Assembly: GCA_002773795.1 (NCBI GenBank)
Contig: PFAD01000018.1
Span: forward strand, 26,023-90,022
Reading direction: 5' to 3'
Origin: Chlamydiae bacterium CG10_big_fil_rev_8_21_14_0_10_42_34
GTDB lineage: Bacteria > Chlamydiota > Chlamydiia > Chlamydiales > SM23-39
Length of the DNA: 64,000 bases
In this document: piece after piece, positions 49,921-60,027 of the stretch
Layout of the letters: the number at the start of each line of letters is the position of its first letter
Numbering within the stretch: position 1 is the stretch's first letter
Made by a program: the position numbers and the translations under genes
The notes under the pieces: generated by a model
What the model saw: only the letters and a program-made list of their open reading frames with translations
Databases searched by the model: none
Told to the model about the DNA's origin: nothing

Positions 49921-50481
49921 TTTTTGATTGAGATTAGCAATTTGGTTTATCTGACTTATTCGCAAGAGAGCTTCTTCTTCAGTTCCTTGATGAGCTACAA
50001 ACCGAATTCTCGATATTTTAGGGCAGATTAATCTAATAACATGTTTTAGCACTCCGAAATAGTTGTGTGAATTTGTCTCCCCTTTCCAAGTAATATCGTA
50101 GTGCTTTTGATCAGAATTTTTAAAAATTTGGACGGGCACATATAGGGATAAAAATACTAAATTTGGACACTTCTCCAAAATTTCAAATGTTAATGCATCT
50201 CCTTTACAATCAGTGTTAACGAGTTCAAGGTAGGTTTTTTTCAGACCTTCAAAATCGTCACAAGTAGCTAGCTTTAAATCCCTTAAAGTATCGGCAAAAT
50301 CAAGATGTCTATAAGCACGTTCAATTGCTCTAAGGGAAATCCCACTCAATTGGGGCTTATCTTGAAATTTTGGCAGTTTAGGCGAGGGTGACCTAGAAAT
50401 ACTTTTCTCTTCCTCCATCTCTGGAGTAGCCAAAACAGACTCACGGGTCGAAGAACTAAAAGAAACAGGAGAAATACTCAT
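49906..50481 (-). CDS. Hypothetical protein with Ser-rich N-terminus (T3SS effector-like)
   Basis: Starts MSISPVSFSSST; AAGG SD upstream. Confidence 0.55.
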   Translation of the reverse strand: MSISPVSFSSSTRESVLATPEMEEEKSISRSPSPKLPKFQDKPQLSGISLRAIERAYRHLDFADTLRDLKLATCDDFEGLKKTYLELVNTDCKGDALTFEILEKCPNLVFLSLYVPVQIFKNSDQKHYDITWKGETNSHNYFGVLKHVIRLICPKISRIRFVAHQGTEEEALLRISQINQIANLNQKLTNQ

Positions 50482-50605
50482 TAATTACCTTTTTTTTAAA
50501 TAAATTATAATACTTTTTAACAAAAAAGTCACCATAATTATACATAATCAACGCGCAACATCCCATTAACACATAATCGCCGTTCTAGATAGAGTCGGAA
50601 TCGGT

Positions 50606-51691
50606 ATGGATCAAAAACGGCAAGTTCAAGTACACTTGCCCGAAATGATGATTCCTTCAAAACTGGTTCTAGAATCGGGCGAGTGCATCGAAGGCCTTTC
50701 TCCCAAGTGGCAATCTGATACCTATTTTGGAGAAGTTGTTTTCTCAACCGGCATGACCGGTTATGTAGAGTCTCTCACTGACCCCTCTTATGCAGGTCAA
50801 ATCCTCACCTTTACGTATCCCTTAATTGGCAATTATGGAGTTCCGTCAAGCAGCACGTGGGAGTCTGAAAAAGTGCAAGCGGCAGGAGTTGTTGTTGGAT
50901 GGGCGAATCCAATCCCTAGCCATTGGGATTCTGAGTGCCCTTTTTTACAGTGGCTTGAAGAGCAAAAAGTTCCATTGATAACCCACGTCGATACACGAAG
51001 TCTCACTAAGCTCCTTCGAAAAAAAGGGGTAGTGCTTGGCGCTATTTGCAAAGAAAAACGGCCCCGTAAGTTTTTTGATCCAAACGAGACTCACCTGATC
51101 AAAAAGGTGAGCATTCCAGGGAAACAGGCCTATGGCGCGGGGAAGAAAAAAATCATCGCTGTCGATTGTGGAATGAAAGAAAACATCTTGCGCTGTCTTA
51201 TGAAATTTCCCGTACAAATCATACGCGTCCCCTTTGATTACGATTATTCTAACGATGATTACGATGCCCTTTTTATCTCTAATGGCCCTGGCAATCCAAC
51301 CATGGCCAAAGAGACGATTGCCATCCTCAAGAAGAACTTAAAAAAAGGCAAGCCGATCATGGGGATTTGCTTAGGAGCTCAGCTGCTTGCCCTTGCCATT
51401 GGCGCAAAAACTTACAAGCTTAAATATGGGCATCGAGGACAAAACCACCCTTGCATGGATTTGGAGAAAAAAACCTGTATCCTCACTTCACAAAATCACG
51501 GCTATGCGATTGATGAAAAAAGTTTGCCGCGCGATTGGAAAGTTTTACTGCGCAGTGTAAATGATGACTCTGTTGAGGGGATCATCCATAAAAAGCTCCC
51601 CTACTTTGCAGTACAATTCCATCCGGAAAGCCACCCTGGGCCCACAGATGCGTTTTACCTATTTGAAAAGTTCTACGAGATGATCAAATGA
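50606..51691 (+). CDS. carA: Carbamoyl-phosphate synthase small subunit
   Basis: GEVVFSTGMTGY...DPSY, SNGPG, GICLG, QNHGYA, QFHPE; true start may be about 50645. Confidence 0.96.
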   Translation: MDQKRQVQVHLPEMMIPSKLVLESGECIEGLSPKWQSDTYFGEVVFSTGMTGYVESLTDPSYAGQILTFTYPLIGNYGVPSSSTWESEKVQAAGVVVGWANPIPSHWDSECPFLQWLEEQKVPLITHVDTRSLTKLLRKKGVVLGAICKEKRPRKFFDPNETHLIKKVSIPGKQAYGAGKKKIIAVDCGMKENILRCLMKFPVQIIRVPFDYDYSNDDYDALFISNGPGNPTMAKETIAILKKNLKKGKPIMGICLGAQLLALAIGAKTYKLKYGHRGQNHPCMDLEKKTCILTSQNHGYAIDEKSLPRDWKVLLRSVNDDSVEGIIHKKLPYFAVQFHPESHPGPTDAFYLFEKFYEMIK

Positions 51692-54600
51692 AAAGCGTAT
51701 TGATTTTAGGCTCCGGCGGTCTTCGAATTGGACAAGCAGGCGAATTTGACTATTCTGGCACTCAAGCGATCAAGGCCCTTAAAGAAGAGGGTCTAAAAAC
51801 CATCCTAGTCAATCCAAATATCGCAACAGTGCAAACAGATCCATCTATGGCAGATGTTGTGTATTTACAACCTTTAGATGTCACAACGGTTGAAAAAATC
51901 ATCGAAAAGGAGCGCCCTTCCGCTATTTTACTCAGCTTTGGGGGGCAAACTGCGCTGAATTTGGGTCTTTCCCTCGAAGAGAAGGGGATTTTAAAAAAAT
52001 ACAAAGTGAAAGTACTAGGCACTCCCGTTGAAACAATCAGACTCACTGAGGATCGTGATCTATTTAAGCAAAACTTAAACTCAATTGGAGTCTTAAGTCC
52101 CCAAAGTATTGCCGCTGAAACTGTCGACGAAGCAGTGCACGCTGCGCGCAAAATTGGGTATCCGGTCATGATGCGCTCTGGATTTTCTTTAGGAGGGCTC
52201 GGTTCAGGAAAAGTTGTTGATGAAGCTGAATTGAAAGGGAAGGCAAGACAAGCTCTTCAAGGGGCCCCACAAGTTCTGATCGAAGAGTATCTTCTCGGGT
52301 GGAAAGAACTTGAATATGAAGTTGTGAGAGATTGCCACGATCAAGCGCTTGTGATCTGCAATATGGAAAACCTTGATCCTATGGGCATCCACACAGGAGA
52401 AAGCATCGTCGTTGCCCCCTCTCAGACGCTGAACAACGATGAATACCATACTTTACGCGAAATTTCTTTAAAATGTGCGCGTCACTTCCAAATTCAAGGA
52501 GAGTGTAACGTCCAATTCGCCCTCGATCCAAAAACGGGCCAATATCGAGTGATAGAGATGAATGCGCGTCTATCAAGATCAAGCGCCTTGGCCTCTAAAG
52601 CAACAGGCTATCCCCTCGCCTTTGTCGCTGCAAAATTAGCCCTTGGATTTAGACTCGATGAAGTGCCAAATGCGATCACAAAAAAGACGACAGCTTTTTT
52701 TGAGCCAGCTCTTGATTATATCGTTGTGAAATGTCCGCGCTGGGACACACAAAAACTCAAAAGTGCAGATAGAACCATTGGCACCGAGATGAAAAGCGTC
52801 GGCGAGGTGATGGCCATTGGGAGAAACTTTCCTGAAGCGATGCAAAAAGCAGTCCGTATGCTCAACATCGGATCAAGCGGGATCGACCAACCTCCAGAAG
52901 AGATGCAAAGTTTAATAAATGAAATCAAAAAGCCAACCGATCTTCGCCTTTTTGCCCTCTATCAATTCTTTCAAAAAGGGGGATCTGTTCTCGATGCTCA
53001 AGATCTTTCCCTCATCGACCCGTGGTTTTTAAACCAGTTAAAAGAGCTCTCTGATTTCCAACAAACCCTTGAAGGCAGAAAAACAACTCCCGCACAAATT
53101 CGAAAAGCAAAAGAGCTTGGATTTTCAGATAAATCGATTGCAAAAATTAAAAAAATGCAAGAAAGCGCGATTCGAAAATATCGGCACAAACACAAGATTA
53201 CTCCATTTATCAAGCAGATCGATACGATGGCAGGTGAGTTCGATGCCGAAACAAACTACCTCTACACAACCTACTCAGCCACATGTCACGACGTTACCCC
53301 CTCAAAGAAAAAACCAATCGTCGTTTTAGGATCAGGCCCCTACTGCATTGGCTCTTCGGTAGAATTTGATTGGTGCGCAGTCAATATGGCGCGCACATTA
53401 CGGGAGTTAGGAGCCGAAGTCGTGATGATCAACTCAAATCCTGAAACAGTTTCGACCGATTTCGATGAATCAGACAGGCTCTATTTTGAAGAACTCACCT
53501 TGGAAAGAGTGCAAGATATTGCCGACTTTGAATCTCCCAAGGGGATCGTTGTCTCAGTAGGTGGTCAAATTGCAAATAATTTAGCCATGCCGCTTCACAA
53601 AGAAAAATATCCGATCTTGGGAACAAGCGCTCCCTACATAGATATGGCTGAAAATCGAGACACCTTTTCCTCTCTACTTCACCAACTAAACATCGATCAG
53701 CCTCCATGGGAAAAAGTCACAAGTCTTAAAAAAGCAAAGGATTTTGCCGAACAACATGGATATCCAGTCCTCATTCGCCCCTCATACGTCTTGTCAGGCG
53801 CCGCCATGAATGTGGTGGCAAATGAAGAGGAGATGGAAAAATATCTCTTAGAAGCTGCCATTTTATCTCCGGACCATCCAACAGTTATTTCAAAATTCAT
53901 CGAACATGCAAAAGAGCTTGAAATCGACGGCGTCGCAAAACACGGTGAGGTGATTGTCTCTGCCATTTCCGAACACGTTGAAAATGCGGGAGTTCACTCT
54001 GGGGACGCAACGATTGTTTTGCCCCCACAAAGGCTTTATCTTGAGACGATCCGTAGATCAAAAAAAATCACCCGTGAAATTGTTAAGGCGCTTAAAATTA
54101 CAGGCCCTTTTAACATCCAGTTCATCGCAAAAGGCAACGCGATTCAGGTGATTGAGTGCAATGTACGCGCATCGAGATCATTCCCCTTTGTCTCAAAAGT
54201 AACCGGCCATAATTTTATCGAAATCATTGCAGAGATCCTCTTGGGCAAATACAAACCACGCAATTATGAAACTCTTGAGCTCGATTATGTCGGCGTAAAA
54301 ACGCCCCAATTTTCCTATAAACGGCTCAAAGGAGCAGACCCCGTTGCCAATGTCGAAATGGCATCAACCGGAGAAGTTGCCCACATTGGAGATAACTACC
54401 TCGAAGCTTTTTTTGCTTCATGGCTCTCCACTGAGCAAAAAATTCTCGGTAAAAAAGTGCTCATCAGCGCTCCTGCAGACTATCGAATTAAACTCCTCGA
54501 ATCGCTCCGCGAACTTGAATCGCAAGGATGGGATCTATATGCAACAGAAGGGACTCACGATTTTCTCTCTAAACACGGTGTCGGCTCCGTTTCTTTGTAT

Positions 54601-54852
54601 AAAGTGGGGGAAAAATATGAGCCGAATATTGCCACAATGCTTGCAAATCGCAATATCGATCTGATCATTAATATTCCACGCAGCGGCGTCGAGAAAAATT
54701 CAGCTGGCTTTAAAATTAGAAGACTAGCAATTGACCATCACATCCCACTGATCACAAATCTTCAGCTCGCCCAAATCTTCCTACAGTGCTTAGCTGAGCT
54801 AGAACTAGAAAATCTCCCCGTCCGATCACTTCAAGAAATGACTAAAATATGA
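51688..54852 (+). CDS. carB: Carbamoyl-phosphate synthase large subunit
   Basis: IGQAGEFDYSG, two ATP-grasp domains, MGS domain. Confidence 0.97.
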   Translation: MKSVLILGSGGLRIGQAGEFDYSGTQAIKALKEEGLKTILVNPNIATVQTDPSMADVVYLQPLDVTTVEKIIEKERPSAILLSFGGQTALNLGLSLEEKGILKKYKVKVLGTPVETIRLTEDRDLFKQNLNSIGVLSPQSIAAETVDEAVHAARKIGYPVMMRSGFSLGGLGSGKVVDEAELKGKARQALQGAPQVLIEEYLLGWKELEYEVVRDCHDQALVICNMENLDPMGIHTGESIVVAPSQTLNNDEYHTLREISLKCARHFQIQGECNVQFALDPKTGQYRVIEMNARLSRSSALASKATGYPLAFVAAKLALGFRLDEVPNAITKKTTAFFEPALDYIVVKCPRWDTQKLKSADRTIGTEMKSVGEVMAIGRNFPEAMQKAVRMLNIGSSGIDQPPEEMQSLINEIKKPTDLRLFALYQFFQKGGSVLDAQDLSLIDPWFLNQLKELSDFQQTLEGRKTTPAQIRKAKELGFSDKSIAKIKKMQESAIRKYRHKHKITPFIKQIDTMAGEFDAETNYLYTTYSATCHDVTPSKKKPIVVLGSGPYCIGSSVEFDWCAVNMARTLRELGAEVVMINSNPETVSTDFDESDRLYFEELTLERVQDIADFESPKGIVVSVGGQIANNLAMPLHKEKYPILGTSAPYIDMAENRDTFSSLLHQLNIDQPPWEKVTSLKKAKDFAEQHGYPVLIRPSYVLSGAAMNVVANEEEMEKYLLEAAILSPDHPTVISKFIEHAKELEIDGVAKHGEVIVSAISEHVENAGVHSGDATIVLPPQRLYLETIRRSKKITREIVKALKITGPFNIQFIAKGNAIQVIECNVRASRSFPFVSKVTGHNFIEIIAEILLGKYKPRNYETLELDYVGVKTPQFSYKRLKGADPVANVEMASTGEVAHIGDNYLEAFFASWLSTEQKILGKKVLISAPADYRIKLLESLRELESQGWDLYATEGTHDFLSKHGVGSVSLYKVGEKYEPNIATMLANRNIDLIINIPRSGVEKNSAGFKIRRLAIDHHIPLITNLQLAQIFLQCLAELELENLPVRSLQEMTKI

Positions 54853-55868
54853 AAAATAGACTCCTTCAATGGGCCACTCGTCTCATCCGCCCTTTTCTTA
54901 AAACCCATCCACAAAAAAATCGGATCCTCATCGTCTCGACAACAGCCCTTGGTGATACTCTTTGGGCTACCCCCGCCATTGAAAATATCCGAAATACATT
55001 TCCAAAAGCCTACATTGCGGTTCTTACAAGCCCCATCGGAATGCAAGTCCTAAAGCACAACCCCTATATCGACCAACTTTACTTGCTCAAAAAACCATTT
55101 TCTCTTTGGAAAAGACTTTACGCCGAACAATTCGACACAATCCTCCTGTTGCACGCCTCGCAAAGATTTACACTCCCCCTAATATCTATTCTCGGGGCCA
55201 CCCGTATCATAGGCACAAAAGGGATCAATAAAGGGCTCGATTCGCTTTTAACCCATCCCCTTTGCAATCACCACCTACATGAAATTGTCCGAAGGCTAGA
55301 AATTGCAGAAACAATAGGGGCAAAAACAACTTCGCAAACGCTCTCTTTTTTCCTAAAGCCCAATGAAATCTCCCCTCTTGAAAAAAAGCGTCCCTTAATT
55401 GCGCTACACCCCGGATCAAAAGATCCCTTTAAGCGCTGGCCAAAGGAAAAGTTCATCGAACTCGGCTGTAATCTCAAAGCAAAACTCTCTTGCGACATTG
55501 TCATCACGGGAACCAAAGATGAACTTAAGCTGATGAAAGAGATCCAAGAGCAAATCCCCGACGCATCCCTTTATCCCCCAAATTGCTCTTTAAGACAGTT
55601 TGCGTCTTATTTGACTCAAGTGGATCTTTTGATCTCAAATGATACAGGCCCTGTCCATTTAGCCTCCGCTCTCAATAGACCCACAATTGCCCTCTACGCT
55701 TCAACCAATCCCGCCCAATGCGGACCTCACCACGCACCAAACACATCTGCAATCTTTAAACCTCCAACATGTACCCCATGCGCTAAAAGAAAATGCCTGC
55801 AGCCCTTCTGCTTTTTGCAAATTAGTAGCAACGAAGTCTTCGAAAAAGCCATGCAAAAAATAAATTAA
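54849..55868 (+). CDS. GT9 (heptosyltransferase-like) glycosyltransferase
   Basis: ALGDTLWATP, LHPGS...KRWP, ISNDTGPVHLA, C..C....C....C tail. Confidence 0.85.
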   Translation: MKNRLLQWATRLIRPFLKTHPQKNRILIVSTTALGDTLWATPAIENIRNTFPKAYIAVLTSPIGMQVLKHNPYIDQLYLLKKPFSLWKRLYAEQFDTILLLHASQRFTLPLISILGATRIIGTKGINKGLDSLLTHPLCNHHLHEIVRRLEIAETIGAKTTSQTLSFFLKPNEISPLEKKRPLIALHPGSKDPFKRWPKEKFIELGCNLKAKLSCDIVITGTKDELKLMKEIQEQIPDASLYPPNCSLRQFASYLTQVDLLISNDTGPVHLASALNRPTIALYASTNPAQCGPHHAPNTSAIFKPPTCTPCAKRKCLQPFCFLQISSNEVFEKAMQKIN

Positions 55869-55950
55869 GATCTCATCGCACAATTACTAATTGTAAAAAA
55901 GTCAAATTTAGTTCAAAATTTTGCTCAAAAATCTCACACAAGGCATTTTC

Positions 55951-57495
55951 ATGGCGCTCTCAATACAAACAACCCCTCCTGCACAAGACTTAGCTTCGCG
56001 CATGCATGAATTTGGTGCAAAAGCGTTCCCCAACGAGCCAGCCCTTTCACAAGAGCAGAAGCTAAAAGCAACCGTTTTAAATCAATCTCTGATTTTTTCT
56101 TCTGATTGTGCCCCATCTATTCATGAGCTTTCCACAGTAGTGAGTCAAGTCTCTAATGAAATCCTTCAACATCTAAACCAAACCACCGACAATGACCTCC
56201 TACGCTTTGATGCAGCCACAAAAGGACTGAGAATCTTAAACAATTACAGCAAGACGGTAAAAGGCTTAAAAAAGGAACTTCTTAAAGAAAAACAGATAAC
56301 CTGCATAAATAAAAAAATAGAAGAAACCTTTGCAGCCATTCACGAACATCTACTCGAACTTCATTCTCCTGAAAAAGCCAAGCCAACGAACCCGATAGGC
56401 CTTAGATCGTTTTATGATGGAAGCCAGTTACGTTTCATGACTAATTTTAGCTTAAAAGACAAAGAAAATCTTCCTGGTTTTTTAAATAATACAAATCCAG
56501 AGAAATTGGAAGAATACGTGCTTATGCAACTTCCCCTTTTTGCTGACCGCATTTCTTTATATAATTTATTGCTTACAGATCATGCTTCTCAACATTTCTC
56601 AGCCTCGCAAATTCCTTTTAATACAAGGATCAACGAAGCGGCCAACGAGGAGAAAAAAGCTGAAATAGCAGCAGAATATATTGAACTCTTATTTAACAAT
56701 GCTCAAACAGAATTTACACTGACAGAAAAACTATATGGAATGAGTCCGACCCACCCACACCCAGTTCCTGATGATTCTGAATGGGTTCAGGTAGAAAGCC
56801 TTAAGACAAGCGATGACCTAGGACTTACTCAAGAAGATGTTGAACCAAAGATTAAAGCATCTGTCAATCAGATCCTAAGTGAACTAACAGAGAATGCAAA
56901 CATCCCAAACCCAAAAATAGATGAGCTACACACTCATTTACATATAATCAACGCCTTAGATGAAAACAATGAAGGCTTACGAATAACTGAAGCGATTACC
57001 GCTAATGACTGGCAAAAAATTTGCAGCAAAGCTCTTGACTACCCAGACTATAATGCATTTATTATGGAAGTTTCGAAATATTCAGGAGTTGCGCTAGAAA
57101 CTTTGCCAAAGGCCAAAAAACAACCTACCGAAAATGCGCGCATACTCAGTGAAACGGTTAAAAGCAATGACCCTGAACAAGTAAATGACCTTATTCTGAT
57201 TTTGAGCCTTTCTTCAGAAGATTTTGAAATCGCTATTCAAACATCGATTGAAAAAACTTTAGAGTCTTGTACTCGAAATAAGCTTGAAATTTTGCATACC
57301 CTCCTAAGACACATCAATACTCTCAAAGAAAAAAACTCATGCTCTCCATTAGTTGCTGAGCAGTTGAAGCAAGTTTATCAGCTTTCTAAAGAATACGAAG
57401 TGCATCAAAAATTAGAACAAGCCATCCAAACATACTCAGGACACTTAAGCTCTCAATTAAATACCTCTACAACGGAAGAGGAAAAAAAAGCCTAA
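55951..57495 (+). CDS. Hypothetical helical protein, paralog of 57630
   Basis: Shared blocks with the next ORF (KGLRIL/KGVRVL; AEYIELLFN/VEYIEYLFN; SKYSG/SIYSG). Confidence 0.7.
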   Translation: MALSIQTTPPAQDLASRMHEFGAKAFPNEPALSQEQKLKATVLNQSLIFSSDCAPSIHELSTVVSQVSNEILQHLNQTTDNDLLRFDAATKGLRILNNYSKTVKGLKKELLKEKQITCINKKIEETFAAIHEHLLELHSPEKAKPTNPIGLRSFYDGSQLRFMTNFSLKDKENLPGFLNNTNPEKLEEYVLMQLPLFADRISLYNLLLTDHASQHFSASQIPFNTRINEAANEEKKAEIAAEYIELLFNNAQTEFTLTEKLYGMSPTHPHPVPDDSEWVQVESLKTSDDLGLTQEDVEPKIKASVNQILSELTENANIPNPKIDELHTHLHIINALDENNEGLRITEAITANDWQKICSKALDYPDYNAFIMEVSKYSGVALETLPKAKKQPTENARILSETVKSNDPEQVNDLILILSLSSEDFEIAIQTSIEKTLESCTRNKLEILHTLLRHINTLKEKNSCSPLVAEQLKQVYQLSKEYEVHQKLEQAIQTYSGHLSSQLNTSTTEEEKKA

Positions 57496-57503
57496 AATCC
57501 CCC

Positions 57504-57533
57504 ACCTAAGCCCAAGATAACTTGGGTTTAGGT
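57504..57533 (+). terminator. Hairpin after the 55951 gene
   Basis: ACCTAAGCCCAAG-ATAA-CTTGGGTTTAGGT; no U-run follows. Confidence 0.5.
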
Positions 57534-57629
57534 AACTGCATAAAAATATAAATTAACATCACATTACTAATTGCAATATATTCAACTTCACATCACAATC
57601 ATGGCCAAAAAAAACTTTGAGGTTTTTTC

Positions 57630-58898
57630 ATGGCAAACTTAGTACTGCTCAGCGGCGCCCCACTTCCCTTACTTCCAAAAGAACTACAAACTCCAAAACA
57701 CCAAGAGCTGATAGATCGTATCAACGAATTTGCCATAAAACACTTTGCTGTAGAGCATGATCTTCCGAAATACTTAACCGCTGATTATGTAATTAAAATA
57801 CACAAAGAAGCAGAAGACACAAAAAAAGTGACGGTTCTTAAGGAACATCCAATCTATACCTTAACATTACAACAATGGATTTTAGAAAACTCTGATTCTG
57901 ATCCTGATTTAAACCCAAACGCAGCAGCTCCTATCATCCCACAAGTCATATTGAGTTCTTTAGAAGCAAACAAAGATAATGAGTACGTTCTACTCAATAC
58001 AGTCGTAAAGGGGGTGAGGGTTTTACAGAAAAGCAGAACCGCTGTGAATTGGTCACATCTCCCGTGGAAAGCTGATGATGCCTACGCAAAAGCCTTTGAT
58101 GCCATTTTGGACACTCTTAATTCTTATATCGAACGAGAAGGGGAGAAAACTCTTTTTGAAACAATCACACCAGAAGAACGTATAAACTACACATCCCTCC
58201 TCCCCTTTCTATTAAGTAACAATAACATTGAATTAACAGACTATTTAATTAGCTGTTTGCCCATCTTCACAAACAAGCTTTCTATGTATAAATTATTTCT
58301 TAGGATGCATAAAGGTCAAAATCCGAACGAAATTAAGAGGTTTGGAGAAGATCTTTCTAAGGAGCCCAATATAGAATCTAAAGTCAAAATTGCTGTGGAG
58401 TATATCGAGTATTTGTTTAACAAGTTAGATGAAAGCCACAAAAAAGCTGAAGAAAGTTGGAGTGTTTGGAGTGCAACAAGAAGTTTTTTTGGCTATCTTT
58501 TTGGGATGTCTCATATACAAAAGCCTACACAACCAACTAATGAACAAAAAGCTCCTGTAACAAAGGCGTCTTCATTTGATAAATTAGAGAATCAACTTGA
58601 GGCTTTAATTAAAAAGATCTTTCAAAATGACGCAGAACTTAAAGAAGAGATCCCTACTGACATATTAGACAGTATATGCAACACCCTAAAAAAAATTAAC
58701 AAATCAGATGAACAAGCAACCGTTTTGCGCGTCACAAAAGCCATTACCGATCTACAGTGGCAATTCATTTGCCAAACCTCCAAAGGGTATAAAAACTACA
58801 ACGAGTTAGTTCAAAACATTTCGATCTATTCAGGATTTACAGCGGAGGAGCTAGGTGTTGGTAAGTTCCTCGAAGAGGAGAAAAAGTCGCATAATTAA
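57630..58898 (+). CDS. Hypothetical helical protein, paralog of 55951
   Basis: See paralog; GAGG SD upstream. Confidence 0.7.
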   Translation: MANLVLLSGAPLPLLPKELQTPKHQELIDRINEFAIKHFAVEHDLPKYLTADYVIKIHKEAEDTKKVTVLKEHPIYTLTLQQWILENSDSDPDLNPNAAAPIIPQVILSSLEANKDNEYVLLNTVVKGVRVLQKSRTAVNWSHLPWKADDAYAKAFDAILDTLNSYIEREGEKTLFETITPEERINYTSLLPFLLSNNNIELTDYLISCLPIFTNKLSMYKLFLRMHKGQNPNEIKRFGEDLSKEPNIESKVKIAVEYIEYLFNKLDESHKKAEESWSVWSATRSFFGYLFGMSHIQKPTQPTNEQKAPVTKASSFDKLENQLEALIKKIFQNDAELKEEIPTDILDSICNTLKKINKSDEQATVLRVTKAITDLQWQFICQTSKGYKNYNELVQNISIYSGFTAEELGVGKFLEEEKKSHN

Positions 58899-58924
58899 GA
58901 CTGCGTAAAACCTGAAGTACAAAG

Positions 58925-59076
58925 AGACTATCCCACAAATATTTTTCGTCCCCGTTTTTTTCTTTAGCCAATTTTTAAGGTTCTTTTGACAGGAGTAATA
59001 TCAACTTCGATATAATTCCTTGGAAAAAACCTTAAAAATTGGCTAAAGTAACCGAAAAATATTTGTGGGATAGTCT
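58925..59076. repeat. 152-bp nested palindromic element (MITE/REP-like)
   Basis: Perfect 24-bp outer inverted repeat and perfect 20-bp inner inverted repeat. Confidence 0.8.
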
Positions 59077-59112
59077 ATAGTATGAAATGATTGAATCGAC
59101 TTAGGGCTCATT

Positions 59113-60027
59113 ATGAAAAGAATGCTTCAAGGCCGGGATCTGGTTTCAATTCACGATCTGAGTAAAAATGAGATCGAATTGATTCTCACGACTGCTCGCA
59201 AGATGCAGACAAATCCTAGGCCCGATCTATTAAAAGGGTGCATCTTAGCAAGCTGCTTTTTTGAGCCCTCAACGCGCACAAGACTCTCGTTTGAAGCTGC
59301 CATGCACAGGTTAGGCGGCTCAGTGATTGGATTTGCCGAAGGGGGGATTACTTCTGCGAAAAAAGGGGAGGCCCTTTTCGATGCGATGAAAATCGTTGGC
59401 AGTTATGTTGACATCGGTGTCATTCGCCATCCACAAGAAGGATCCGCAAGACTTGCTGCAGATGCAAGTGCAACGCCAATCATTAATGCCGGAGATGGGG
59501 CAAATCAGCACCCAACACAAACACTTTTAGATCTCTACACAATTCAGCAGCACTTGGGCAAAATCGATGATCTTCATATAGCTCTGTCCGGCGATCTTAA
59601 GCACGGAAGAACGGTTCACTCACTTTGCTTAGCCCTTGCTCACTATGACGTTCGCCTCTACTTTGTCTCGCCAGAAAACTTAACAATCCCTGAGGCAATT
59701 ACCCACGAGCTGAAAAAGAAAGGGGTTAAGTTCTCTTTTCATGCCACAATTGACGAAGTGATTCCCAAAGTAGATGTCCTTTACATGTCGCGCATCCAAA
59801 AAGAGCGCTTCTCAGATTCAAATACTGAGACTCCAAGTGGATGTCTTCTCAAGAAAAAACATTTGGAAAGGGCAAAAAAAACACTGCGCATTTTGCATGC
59901 TTTACCCCGGTTGGATGAAATAGAAAAAAGCATCGACACGACCCCTTTTGCCTCATATTTTGAGCAAGCTGCAAATGCAGTGCCGGTTCGGATGGCGCTT
60001 TTAGCACTGATTTTAGGCAAATTATGA
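59113..60027 (+). CDS. pyrB: Aspartate carbamoyltransferase catalytic subunit
   Basis: FFEPSTRTRLSF, INAGDG..QHPTQ, GDLKHGRT, HALPR. Confidence 0.97.
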   Translation: MKRMLQGRDLVSIHDLSKNEIELILTTARKMQTNPRPDLLKGCILASCFFEPSTRTRLSFEAAMHRLGGSVIGFAEGGITSAKKGEALFDAMKIVGSYVDIGVIRHPQEGSARLAADASATPIINAGDGANQHPTQTLLDLYTIQQHLGKIDDLHIALSGDLKHGRTVHSLCLALAHYDVRLYFVSPENLTIPEAITHELKKKGVKFSFHATIDEVIPKVDVLYMSRIQKERFSDSNTETPSGCLLKKKHLERAKKTLRILHALPRLDEIEKSIDTTPFASYFEQAANAVPVRMALLALILGKL

